From Clostridia bacterium (GTDB lineage Bacteria; Bacillota; Clostridia; Christensenellales; QALW01): 41,583 nt of DNA. Position numbers and translations under genes: made by a program. Position 1 is the stretch's first letter, and each line of letters starts with the position of its first letter. Shown here piece after piece: positions 1-8,378 of the stretch. Location of the stretch: positions 1 through 41,583 of the forward strand of contig JAZULU010000150.1 in assembly GCA_045603265.1 (NCBI GenBank). Direction: 5' to 3'. Below the pieces are notes generated by a model. It was given only the letters and a program-made list of their open reading frames with translations. It was not told the origin of the DNA and did no database searches.

Positions 1-299
1 CGGTCTTTTAAAGATACCATCTCAACTGTTGCACCTGAAAGGTCGATATTTGACGGAATAATAAAAAGATTTTTAACCTGGGTCTCCATAATTACCGAAG
101 AAATATCTTCACCGTTTATCATAACGTCATAAATTCCCAAATTATCTTTTTCAATGCCAAGACCGCTTGTGGCGTTGCCCTGGGGATCAAGATCTAAAAG
201 CAATACGCGCTTGCCCTTTAATGCAAGCCCTGCCGAAATATTTATGGCGGAGGTGGTTTTTCCTACACCGCCTTTTTGGTTTGATACAGAAAGAATCAT
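1..299 (-). CDS. parA: ParA/Soj-family ATPase, N-terminal part (runs off the left edge)
   Basis: Manual translation from ATG at 299 gives MILSVSNQKGGVGKTTSAINISAGLALKGKRVLLLDLDPQGNATSGLG, with the deviant Walker A and DLDPQGN motifs. Start overlaps the upstream stop (ATGA). Not in the ORF track. Confidence 0.93.
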   Translation of the reverse strand, partial: MILSVSNQKGGVGKTTSAINISAGLALKGKRVLLLDLDPQGNATSGLGIEKDNLGIYDVMINGEDISSVIMETQVKNLFIIPSNIDLSGATVEMVSLKD

Positions 300-1015
300 T
301 CTTCAGAGTTCTCCGTTTTGTTTAAAAGATTATATTGTCTGTCCATACGGGCATTAAGTTGATTGATGCCGGAGCGAACGTTGTTTAAAGTTTCTTCGGA
401 TCTATCCAGTTTGTTCATCATATAACGCGCTTCAAAACTTGCGCCTTTTCCCGGAAGTTTGCGCATTGAAAGCATTTCAAATTCTTCAAGCAATCTTGTT
501 AAACGCTTCTTTTTTGCATCCTCAAGAATAACGTAAAAAATCTCAAGGAAAACTTCAAAGGCGAAAAGTACGAAAAATAAACAGTAAAGATTTTTTGTTT
601 CGGCTTCCAAAAGACCCGGAATCTTAATAATGCCCACAGCGGTTATTGAAAATCCGATAACGGCAACTGCGCGCGAAAGAATTTTAAATATATTTCTGCC
701 CATGAGAAGATCGTTCTTTATAAGATAACTGCTTAATGAAACGGTATCTTCATTGCGATAGGCTATGTAATAGTCGTCCCACATTTTTGCAAAGCGCCTT
801 GAAAGGTGCAGGGATTCGATTTTTTTGATAATATCATCGCCCTCTTCTTTGCGAAGAACTTTATTTATTTTTCTAAGTGAGCCTCCACAGCAAAATGAGA
901 TTATAAGATTAATTATAAATATTAAAATCATTAGTGCGGCAATTATTAAAAAGGCATTGGAACTGTTTGTGTAAACGGAAAGAAAATGTTTTAACTGTTT
1001 TATGGCTTCCAACAA
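296..1015 (-). CDS. Hypothetical membrane protein (about 3 TM segments plus coiled-coil tail)
   Basis: 242-aa ORF in track (296..1024). GGAGG at about 1025-1029 favours a TTG start near 1015. Three hydrophobic stretches. Confidence 0.75.
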   Translation of the reverse strand: MLEAIKQLKHFLSVYTNSSNAFLIIAALMILIFIINLIISFCCGGSLRKINKVLRKEEGDDIIKKIESLHLSRRFAKMWDDYYIAYRNEDTVSLSSYLIKNDLLMGRNIFKILSRAVAVIGFSITAVGIIKIPGLLEAETKNLYCLFFVLFAFEVFLEIFYVILEDAKKKRLTRLLEEFEMLSMRKLPGKGASFEARYMMNKLDRSEETLNNVRSGINQLNARMDRQYNLLNKTENSEE

Positions 1016-1164
1016 AGCACACACCTCCTCTTATTATATATTTTAACAGATAACATACATTTTTGTCAAAACAAACAGTAATAAATTTTTCACATTCTTG
1101 AAGTTGACAGTATGGCATGATTGAGTGTATAATATAAACGTAATACTTTTGTAATGAGGTCCTT

Positions 1165-2226
1165 ATGAAAAAACTGAAATTAATATTTTTTATATTGGTG
1201 TTTGCAATAATATCGATGCTTCCGTTATTAACGGTAAATGCGGCAAGCGTAACAGTACCTATTGGTAAGACTTTTGAAAAAAGTGATTTTTCAGGAACAA
1301 CGCTAAAAGTCGATAAAGAGGTAACTGATTATCTTGACGATCTTTTTGGTGACGGTGAAGGCACACTTAGCTTAGGCAAAGTAAACTATAGCGGTAACGG
1401 TGTTTCAGTAAGCAAAAGTCTTTCAGGCAACAAAGTAACGCTTATCTTTACCATAACTGATGAGGAAGCCTTTACAACGCTTACCGTTTCAGGCTTCGTT
1501 CTTAACGGTACACCTAAAGAAACACCTACACCTACTGAAAATTCAACGCCTACTGCCACCGCGACGGCAACTTCAACTGCAACGGCAACACCTACGGGCT
1601 CACCTGACGGATCACCCAGCGCATCGCCTACTTCTTCCTCTGATGCTTCACCTACGCCTGACGGAAGTCCTTCGGCATCGCCCAGTTCATCACCTGACGG
1701 ATCACCTGATTCAAGTCCCTCAGGATCGCCCACTTCGTCGGCAGGTGTAACGGCCTCGGCAACGACAACTGCTAAGGTAACGGCAAAGCCTACAAAACGT
1801 CCTTCCACATCGGAGCGAACAAATGATCCTTATAACAGAAATTGGGAAACTCAGGCACCGCCTACGCTTCCGCCTGAAGTAACGATGAAGCCCCATGAAA
1901 TAGCAACACCCGTTCCCGAACTTGAAACTGAAGCACCGGCAATCAATTCAGGCGATGAAGGCAAAGTGGAACGTAAAGACCCCTTAAAGGTGCTTACGAT
2001 TTTATTCTTAGTACTTGTTTTATTGCTTGCCATTGATATTTATGCTATCTACTGGCGCAAGAGAATGGGTTATGAAACGATGATAAATAACGGCATCAGC
2101 CGTAGAAAAGTTCAGGATTTCTGCGATTATCCCGAAGATGCCCTTCCCAGCGACCTTGAGCAGGCCATAATGGAAGATGCAAAAACGGAAGAAGAAAAAG
2201 AAGAAACAGAAAAAGAATCTGAATAA
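1165..2226 (+). CDS. Type I membrane/surface protein with Ser/Thr/Pro-rich linker
   Basis: Signal peptide (VNA-A), repeated SPDGSPS/TATAT region, C-terminal TM followed by WRKR and an acidic tail. RBS GAGG upstream. Confidence 0.85.
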   Translation: MKKLKLIFFILVFAIISMLPLLTVNAASVTVPIGKTFEKSDFSGTTLKVDKEVTDYLDDLFGDGEGTLSLGKVNYSGNGVSVSKSLSGNKVTLIFTITDEEAFTTLTVSGFVLNGTPKETPTPTENSTPTATATATSTATATPTGSPDGSPSASPTSSSDASPTPDGSPSASPSSSPDGSPDSSPSGSPTSSAGVTASATTTAKVTAKPTKRPSTSERTNDPYNRNWETQAPPTLPPEVTMKPHEIATPVPELETEAPAINSGDEGKVERKDPLKVLTILFLVLVLLLAIDIYAIYWRKRMGYETMINNGISRRKVQDFCDYPEDALPSDLEQAIMEDAKTEEEKEETEKESE

Positions 2227-2231
2227 TTTAT

Positions 2232-2268
2232 AAAACAACACTGGAAAAAATTTCAGTGTTGTTTTTTT
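2232..2268 (+). terminator. Intrinsic terminator
   Basis: AAAACAACACTG-loop-CAGTGTTGTTTT plus T run. Confidence 0.75.
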
Positions 2269-2315
2269 ATGCACAATATGATAAAATATAACAAAATTCT
2301 ACATAAGAGGTATTT

Positions 2316-3566
2316 ATGAAAATAAAAACTAAAGAACGCTCATTTGATGAAGTAATGGCAATAAAGAAACCAGAACATAAAAATCCGTTGAAACCTAATA
2401 TTTTGTTTTCAACGCTTATAAGGGTGCTTGCCATACCTGATATGATCGCAACAAAATTTTCATATACTTTTAAGGATAGGGATAAACTTGAAGAGGGTCC
2501 GTATCTTATTTTAATGAATCATTCAAGTTTTATTGATCTTAAAATCGCATCGAAGATTTTTTATCCCATGCCATATTCCATTGTGTGCACGTCTGATGGA
2601 TTTGTAGGCAAAAACTGGCTTATGCGCCTTATTGGATGTATCCCTACGCAGAAGTTTGTAACGGATATGACGCTTATTCGCGATATGCGCTATATGCTTA
2701 AAAAGAAAAATACCAGTGTTTTAATGTACCCTGAGGCAAGTTATACCTTTGATGGCACTGAAACACCTTTGCCCGAAAATTTAGGCAAACTTCTAAAACT
2801 TCTTGACGTGCCCGTTTTGACCGTAATTACAAAAGGCGCATTCCACCGCGATCCCTTGTATAACGGACTTCAACTGCGCAAAGTAAAAGTCAGCGCAGAG
2901 GTTAAATGTATCGCAACCCGTGAAGATATTAAAAAACTCTCCGTTGAAGAACTTTCCAAAAAACTTGAAGAAACCTTTACCTTTGATAATTTCAGGTGGC
3001 AGCAGGAAAAAAGTGTTGAGGTTAAAGAAAATTTCCGCGCAGATGGCTTGGAACGTATTTTGTATAAGTGCGCCCATTGCGAAAATGAGGGGCTTATGGA
3101 GGGGAAAGGTACAACTCTTACCTGCCATAATTGCGGTAAAGAATATGAACTTGATATTTACGGTGCGCTTATAGCCAAAAAAGGCGAAACGGAGTTTTTA
3201 CATATTCCTGATTGGTACAAGTGGCAAAGGGAATGTGTTAAAAAAGAACTTATTGATAAAACCTATTGCCTTGATACTCCCGTAAAAATCGGCATAATGG
3301 TTGATTATAAGGCGATTTATATGGTTGGTGAGGGTAGGCTTGTTCACGATAACAACGGCTTCACTTTAACCGGTTGTGACGGTAAACTTAATTATACTCA
3401 GCCGCCCCAGTCTTCTTATGGGCTTTATGCTGACTATTTCTGGTACGAGATAGGCGATGTTATCTGTATCGGCAATAAGGACAGACTTTATTATTGTTTC
3501 CCCGAAAAAGAGGGTGTCGTTGCCAAAACACGAATGGCGGCAGAAGAACTTTATAAAATGTGCTGA
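2316..3566 (+). CDS. Lysophospholipid (PlsC-like) acyltransferase with C-terminal Zn-ribbon-like extension
   Basis: NHSSFID (HX4D) and YPEAS motifs. CxxC...CxxC in the C-terminal half. Confidence 0.85.
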   Translation: MKIKTKERSFDEVMAIKKPEHKNPLKPNILFSTLIRVLAIPDMIATKFSYTFKDRDKLEEGPYLILMNHSSFIDLKIASKIFYPMPYSIVCTSDGFVGKNWLMRLIGCIPTQKFVTDMTLIRDMRYMLKKKNTSVLMYPEASYTFDGTETPLPENLGKLLKLLDVPVLTVITKGAFHRDPLYNGLQLRKVKVSAEVKCIATREDIKKLSVEELSKKLEETFTFDNFRWQQEKSVEVKENFRADGLERILYKCAHCENEGLMEGKGTTLTCHNCGKEYELDIYGALIAKKGETEFLHIPDWYKWQRECVKKELIDKTYCLDTPVKIGIMVDYKAIYMVGEGRLVHDNNGFTLTGCDGKLNYTQPPQSSYGLYADYFWYEIGDVICIGNKDRLYYCFPEKEGVVAKTRMAAEELYKMC

Positions 3567-3590
3567 GAAACACCGCGAAAGCGGTGTCCT

Positions 3591-3783
3591 TCAGAGCACT
3601 GACAAACCCCTGCAAACACAAACCCCTGCAAAATTTTTGCAGGGGTTTGTTTCCGTCGTTGCATCTCACTTGCAAAATGCGGTCATTTACGTCTGTGTAA
3701 ACTCCCTTTTTTGCAAGTTCGGCGCCTTGGCTTGCAAGGGTTTCTCGAACTCTGGCAGTCTGCTGGCTTTGTCAGCAGACTGA
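3591..3783. mobile_element. Putative MITE (193 bp) with imperfect 16-bp terminal inverted repeats, flanked by a 24-bp duplicated terminator
   Basis: Ends TCAGAGCACTGACAAA (3591-3606) and TTTGTCAGCAGACTGA (3768-3783) match 12/16 as inverted repeats. Flanks GAAACACCGCGAAAGCGGTGT(C/T)CT at 3567-3590 and 3784-3807. Internal hairpins, no credible ORF. Confidence 0.75.
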
Positions 3784-3893
3784 GAAACACCGCGAAAGCG
3801 GTGTTCTTTTTTTATAAAAACTTAATTTAGTTGATTTTTACGGCATATTATGATATACTACCAGAACATTATATGCGAAAGTGATGACAAAAA

Positions 3894-4478
3894 ATGGAAT
3901 GGGATTTTATGTTTTTCTTTAACAGTGTTTTGTTGGGCGTAGGATTGGCAATGGATGCTTTTTCAGTATCCTTGGCAAACGGACTTAATGAGCACGATAT
4001 GAAGAAAACAAGAATGTGCGGTATTGCAGGGGTTTTCTCCTTTTTTCAGTTTGCGATGCCTTTAATCGGTTGGATATGCGTTTCCACCGTTGCCAAATAT
4101 TTTGAAGCCTTTGAAAAATGGATTCCCTGGATCGCCTTTGTTCTCCTTGGCTATATTGGCGGACAGATGCTTTATGAGGGCATAAAAAACAAAGATTCCG
4201 ATGGGGAAAAACCGGCAGTAGGCTTTGTTGCTTTGCTTGTTCAAGGCGTTGCAACCTCCATTGATGCGTTATCTGTTGGCTTTACGATTTCCGATCACGA
4301 TTTTATCCACGCACTTGTTGCGTGCATTGTAATTGCAGTAGTAACTTTCTTTATATGTATGGCAGGCTTGTTCTTAGGCAAAAAGTGTGGCACTAAACTT
4401 GCAGGAAAAGCAAGCATCTTAGGCGGCGCAATTCTTTTATTTATCGGGTTGGAAATATTTATTACAAGTTGGCTTTAA
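3894..4478 (+). CDS. mntP: Manganese efflux pump MntP family
   Basis: GLAMDAFSVS and ATSIDALSVG signature motifs, multi-TM. Start may be a few codons downstream. Confidence 0.9.
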   Translation: MEWDFMFFFNSVLLGVGLAMDAFSVSLANGLNEHDMKKTRMCGIAGVFSFFQFAMPLIGWICVSTVAKYFEAFEKWIPWIAFVLLGYIGGQMLYEGIKNKDSDGEKPAVGFVALLVQGVATSIDALSVGFTISDHDFIHALVACIVIAVVTFFICMAGLFLGKKCGTKLAGKASILGGAILLFIGLEIFITSWL

Positions 4479-4482
4479 ACGT

Positions 4483-4509
4483 AAAACACCGCAAGATTGC
4501 GGTGTTTTT
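4483..4509. terminator. Bidirectional terminator (near-identical copy at 5382-5408)
   Basis: AAAACACCGCAAGATTGCGGTGTTTTT between convergent genes. Confidence 0.8.
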
Positions 4510-4927
4510 ATATTATATTTATAACTTGTTTATTTTTCTTTTGCGCAAGTTCTTTGAATTTTGAAGCACCGCCAAAGGGGCGGCTTACACAAGTGATGAC
4601 CGTATCGGCTTTTTCAACAAGCCAGCGATTTCTTCTGTCTATGGCATAGTTTGGCGGAACGCTTTCAAGACCCTCAGGGTAGATAGTTTCAAAACCATCT
4701 AACAGATCATCTTTGGGCATATATGCAAGCACAACGTAAAATCTTATATGGGGAAATTTTTCTTTAAGTTCTTTCAGCGTATTTCTTACAATACTGTCAA
4801 AACGCCCTTGATTACCTACATAAAAAAGATCTGCCTGATGATTTAATATAAGATCGGTTAGAACTTCATACAACTTGGGTTTTACACTATCAGAAGTATT
4901 TTTATGTCCGAAAAATGTGCATATCAT
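4508..4927 (-). CDS. Conserved hypothetical protein, probably SLOG superfamily (YpsA/DUF1273-like)
   Basis: N-terminal CTFFGH, FYVGNQGRFD, AIDRRNRWLVEKAD, GGA motifs and a KQVINI end. Confidence 0.65.
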   Translation of the reverse strand: MICTFFGHKNTSDSVKPKLYEVLTDLILNHQADLFYVGNQGRFDSIVRNTLKELKEKFPHIRFYVVLAYMPKDDLLDGFETIYPEGLESVPPNYAIDRRNRWLVEKADTVITCVSRPFGGASKFKELAQKKNKQVINII

Positions 4928-5066
4928 ATACTCACCATATAATTAAAATAGTTAATAACAATATTCTATCCAAATAGCGTGTATATGTCAATAGATATAA
5001 ACAAATAATTTGTATAAGTGCAGGGGATGTGTATAGTACAATTAGATACGAAGGATGGTGAGTTGT

Positions 5067-5375
5067 ATGGAAAGAAACGATTTCGGTTTACGACTTTCGC
5101 AGTTAAGATTGGCAAAAGGCGTTTCGGCACGAGATATGAGTCTGAGTATCGGTCAAAGCGCAGGATATATAAATAATATTGAAACAGGCTTCAGTTATCC
5201 CTCGATGACAGGTTTCTTTTATATATGTGAGTATCTTGATATAACTCCCGCTGAATTTTTTGATACTGATTCAAAATCACCTACCAAGGAAAAAGAATTG
5301 ATTGAAGCAGTAAAAGGTTTAAAAGCAGAACAGTTAGATAATTTAATTGCTCTTGCAAAAGGTTTGAAAAAATAA
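5067..5375 (+). CDS. XRE-family HTH transcriptional regulator
   Basis: RLSQLRLAKGVSARDMSLSIGQSAGYINNIETG HTH pattern. ATG at 5067 preferred over 5055 on RBS spacing. Confidence 0.88.
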   Translation: MERNDFGLRLSQLRLAKGVSARDMSLSIGQSAGYINNIETGFSYPSMTGFFYICEYLDITPAEFFDTDSKSPTKEKELIEAVKGLKAEQLDNLIALAKGLKK

Positions 5376-5381
5376 AAAGAA

Positions 5382-5408
5382 AAAACACCGCAAATTTGCG
5401 GTGTTTTT
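5382..5408. terminator. Bidirectional terminator
   Basis: AAAACACCGCAAATTTGCGGTGTTTTT between the convergent HTH gene and rpmE. Confidence 0.8.
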
Positions 5409-5419
5409 TGTTGTAACGA

Positions 5420-5617
5420 TTAAAGTCCGTATCTCTTCTTAAACTTGTCAACACGGCCTGCAGAGTCAACGAGCTTCTGCTTACCTGTGTAGAAAGGATG
5501 GCACTTTGAGCAAATTTCTACTGAAAGAGAATCTTTAACTGAGCCTGTTTCGAATGTTTCGCCACAAGCGCACTTTACTGTTACCTTTTTGTAATCCGGA
5601 TGTATACCCTGTTTCAT
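5420..5617 (-). CDS. rpmE: 50S ribosomal protein L31 (Zn-binding type)
   Basis: [29 protein letters not shown]. Confidence 0.98.
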   Translation of the reverse strand: MKQGIHPDYKKVTVKCACGETFETGSVKDSLSVEICSKCHPFYTGKQKLVDSAGRVDKFKKRYGL

Positions 5618-5699
5618 TTCAGTATCACCTCATTTTCTTTTCCGAAATATTAAGCATAAGTATTATACATACAAAATAATCTTGTGTCAAATGGTTTTT

Positions 5700-6743
5700 T
5701 TAAATTTCTGTATTTATTGCTTGTCCCTTCTCATCAGAAGCGAAAGCGGCTTCCATTACGCAAAGAACCCTGCGTACTTCGGGAAGTTTAATTAAACTTT
5801 CTTCCTTATTATCAAGAACAGCGCAAACGTTGCGGTAGAAATTATGAACGTCACTTTTAGGAATCTCAATATCATATTCATCAAGAGTAATTTCATCTCT
5901 TGGTGCCATGGTCTTTGTAATACCTGCGGCATTCTGAACAGGTGTAACGTCTTTTTCCTGCCATGCCTTTAATTTTGCAACGTGGCACTTGTGCTGCCAG
6001 TCTTCGATTTTTGCGCTTCCGTTTTCAGCCTGCATGTAGAAACGGGGCATGGGAAGGAAGTTATATGTGCCAACCTCAACTAAAGCAGTTGCACCGTCTT
6101 CAAAAACAAGATTTAACTTAAAGCCGTCATCAACTTCTTTGTTGGTGTAATGTGAGCAAGTGCAGTAAACACGAACGACTTTCTGCTTGAAAAGTTGAAG
6201 CATCTGGTCGATAAGATGCACGCCCCAGTCAAGGATCATGCCGCCGCCGTGCTCTTTTTCACAACGCCAATCGCTGGGGATTCCGCGTGAGCCGTGGATG
6301 CGTGATTCAATACAAAGGGGTTTGCCGATCTCGCCGCTATTAACGATCTGTTTCATCGCTAAAAAGTCAACGTCCCAACGTCTGTTCTGGTGAACGGTAA
6401 AAAATTTATTGTATTTCTTTGAAGCATCGATCATTTCGTCAAGTGCTTCAACGCTCATTTCAACGGGCTTTTCGCAGATAACGTTTTTGCCTGCCTTCAT
6501 TGCTTCAACCACAAGGTTTTTGTGAAGATCATTAGGTGTTGCAACAACAACAACGTCAACCTCAGGATCGGCAAAAATCGCTTCGTTTGATTCATATACT
6601 TTTATGCCGTTATTTTTTGCGGCTTCACGGCGAATTTCACGGATATCGTAAGTACCCGTAAGAGTGCAAACGTCACTTTTAAGAATTTGGGTGCAATGCC
6701 ATGCGCCCTGACCGCCGTAACCTATAACTGCTATTTTTTTCAT
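5700..6743 (-). CDS. Gfo/Idh/MocA-family oxidoreductase
   Basis: GYGGQG Rossmann motif, CEKP, HQNRRWD, GGGMILDWGVHLID. Confidence 0.93.
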   Translation of the reverse strand: MKKIAVIGYGGQGAWHCTQILKSDVCTLTGTYDIREIRREAAKNNGIKVYESNEAIFADPEVDVVVVATPNDLHKNLVVEAMKAGKNVICEKPVEMSVEALDEMIDASKKYNKFFTVHQNRRWDVDFLAMKQIVNSGEIGKPLCIESRIHGSRGIPSDWRCEKEHGGGMILDWGVHLIDQMLQLFKQKVVRVYCTCSHYTNKEVDDGFKLNLVFEDGATALVEVGTYNFLPMPRFYMQAENGSAKIEDWQHKCHVAKLKAWQEKDVTPVQNAAGITKTMAPRDEITLDEYDIEIPKSDVHNFYRNVCAVLDNKEESLIKLPEVRRVLCVMEAAFASDEKGQAINTEI

Positions 6744-6878
6744 AAAGATCCCTCGCTTAATCCTTTTATCGGGAATAGTATAGTACTAAATATTGCCCTT
6801 TTCAAGACAAATTTATATTATTTTAAGACAAAAATTGTTATAATGATAACTGAATGTCGTTTCCACCCTCAACAACCA

Positions 6879-8270
6879 TTATCTTTTTACAAGAGTTGAG
6901 CCTTCGGGAGAATCCTTGATATCGTAGCCTGCGGCATTGATCTCATCGCGGAGTTTATCTGAAAGTGCCCAGTTCTTTTCTTTTCTTGCCTGAGTGCGTT
7001 CTGCTAACTTATCTAAAAGTTCCTGGGGAATATCGTTCTTTTCCTCCATGGGAACGTAACCATTTTCAAGATCAAGACCTAAAACAGCATCCATTTTAAG
7101 GGCAGTTTCGTAAATTTCCTTGCCCTGCTTGCCTGAACGGAGAAGGTTCCACAAAAGACCCAATGCCTTAGGTACGTTAAGATCATCGTTTACGGCTTCG
7201 CAGAAAGCGGCATATGCTTCCTCACAAAGGGGGACAAGAGTTTCATCACTTGCAGCATCCTTATTGGCAGAAACTGCTTCTAAAAGACGGATATATGCTT
7301 TTTGTGATGCTTTGATCGCATCCCAGGTAAAGTTGATCTTGTTTCTGTAATGTGCGTTTAAGCAGAAGTATCTGAAAGTCAAGGGCATGATGCCTCTTTC
7401 CTTAAGATCGGAAACGGTGTAGGTGTTGCCTAAACTTTTGCTCATCTTGCCATTATCAACCATCATGAACTCACCGTGCATCCAATAGTTTACTGCAGGG
7501 TGACCTAAAAGCGCATTGGACTGTGCAATTTCGTTTTCATGGTGAACAGGAATATGATCAACACCGCCGGTGTGAATATCAAAGGTATCGCCCAAATATT
7601 TTCTGCCCATTGCCGAACATTCAATATGCCAGCCGGGATATCCCATACCCCAGGGGCTTTCCCATTGCTGAAGATGCTCTTTAGGTGCTTTCTTCCAAAC
7701 GGCAAAGTCAGCAGGATGCCTTTTCTGATCGTTTACTTCAACGCGTGCGCCTGCCAACTGCTCGTCAAGATCAAGTTTTGAAAGCACACCGTATTTGCCG
7801 TATTTTACAATGTCAAAATAGATGCCGTCATCAGTTTCGTAAGCAAAGCCTTTTTCTTCAAGACCTTTTACGAACTCGATCATTTCCTCAATATGCTCAG
7901 TTGCCTTGGGAACGATTTCGGGTAAAGAGATATTTAACTGCTGTACGTCGTCCTTAAAAACGGAGGTGTAGTATGCGGCAATCTCAAGGGGAGATTTTTT
8001 CTGCTGTTTTGCCGCCTTCTCCATTTTATCTTCGCCTTCATCGGCATCGGAAGTAAGATGGCCAACGTCGGTAATATTCATAACACCAAGGAGTTTGTAG
8101 CCGTTTAATTTTAAGGCTCTTCTTAAAAGATCCATGAACACATAGGTGCGCAAGTTACCGATATGGGCAAAGTTATATACGGTAGGACCGCAAGAGTACA
8201 TTCTTACTTCGCCTTCGTGAATAGTTTTTAATTCTTCTTTTTTGTTTGTAAGTGTGTTGTAAACTAACAT
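6879..8270 (-). CDS. cysS: Cysteine--tRNA ligase
   Basis: CGPTVY, HIGN, PGWHIECSAM, KMSKS. ATG at 8270 follows GGAG. Confidence 0.98.
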   Translation of the reverse strand: MLVYNTLTNKKEELKTIHEGEVRMYSCGPTVYNFAHIGNLRTYVFMDLLRRALKLNGYKLLGVMNITDVGHLTSDADEGEDKMEKAAKQQKKSPLEIAAYYTSVFKDDVQQLNISLPEIVPKATEHIEEMIEFVKGLEEKGFAYETDDGIYFDIVKYGKYGVLSKLDLDEQLAGARVEVNDQKRHPADFAVWKKAPKEHLQQWESPWGMGYPGWHIECSAMGRKYLGDTFDIHTGGVDHIPVHHENEIAQSNALLGHPAVNYWMHGEFMMVDNGKMSKSLGNTYTVSDLKERGIMPLTFRYFCLNAHYRNKINFTWDAIKASQKAYIRLLEAVSANKDAASDETLVPLCEEAYAAFCEAVNDDLNVPKALGLLWNLLRSGKQGKEIYETALKMDAVLGLDLENGYVPMEEKNDIPQELLDKLAERTQARKEKNWALSDKLRDEINAAGYDIKDSPEGSTLVKR

Positions 8271-8299
8271 ATAATACTCCAATTTAATTTAGTTATATT

Positions 8300-8328
8300 A
8301 TTATACAACATTAAATGCGCACGCGCAA
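8300..8328 (-). promoter_or_regulatory. SigA-like promoter of cysS
   Basis: TTGCGC-N17-TATAAT on the minus strand. Confidence 0.55.
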
Positions 8329-8340
8329 CCTTTTTATGCA

Positions 8341-8368
8341 AAAAAAGACTGCATATAGCAGTCTTTTT
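8341..8368 (-). terminator. Terminator after the GH2 gene
   Basis: AAAAAAGACTGC-loop-GCAGTCTTTTTT. Confidence 0.75.
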
Positions 8369-8378
8369 AAAGATTTTT

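Noticed and set aside
1386-1808. 140-aa antisense ORF
   Set aside because: Shadow of the low-complexity Ser/Thr/Pro coding region.
3457-3783. ORFs 3457..3783 (+) and 3460..3675 (-); yybP-ykoY riboswitch
   Set aside because: The ORFs are chance frames across the acyltransferase end and the MITE. A terminator separates the region from mntP and no riboswitch motif was seen.
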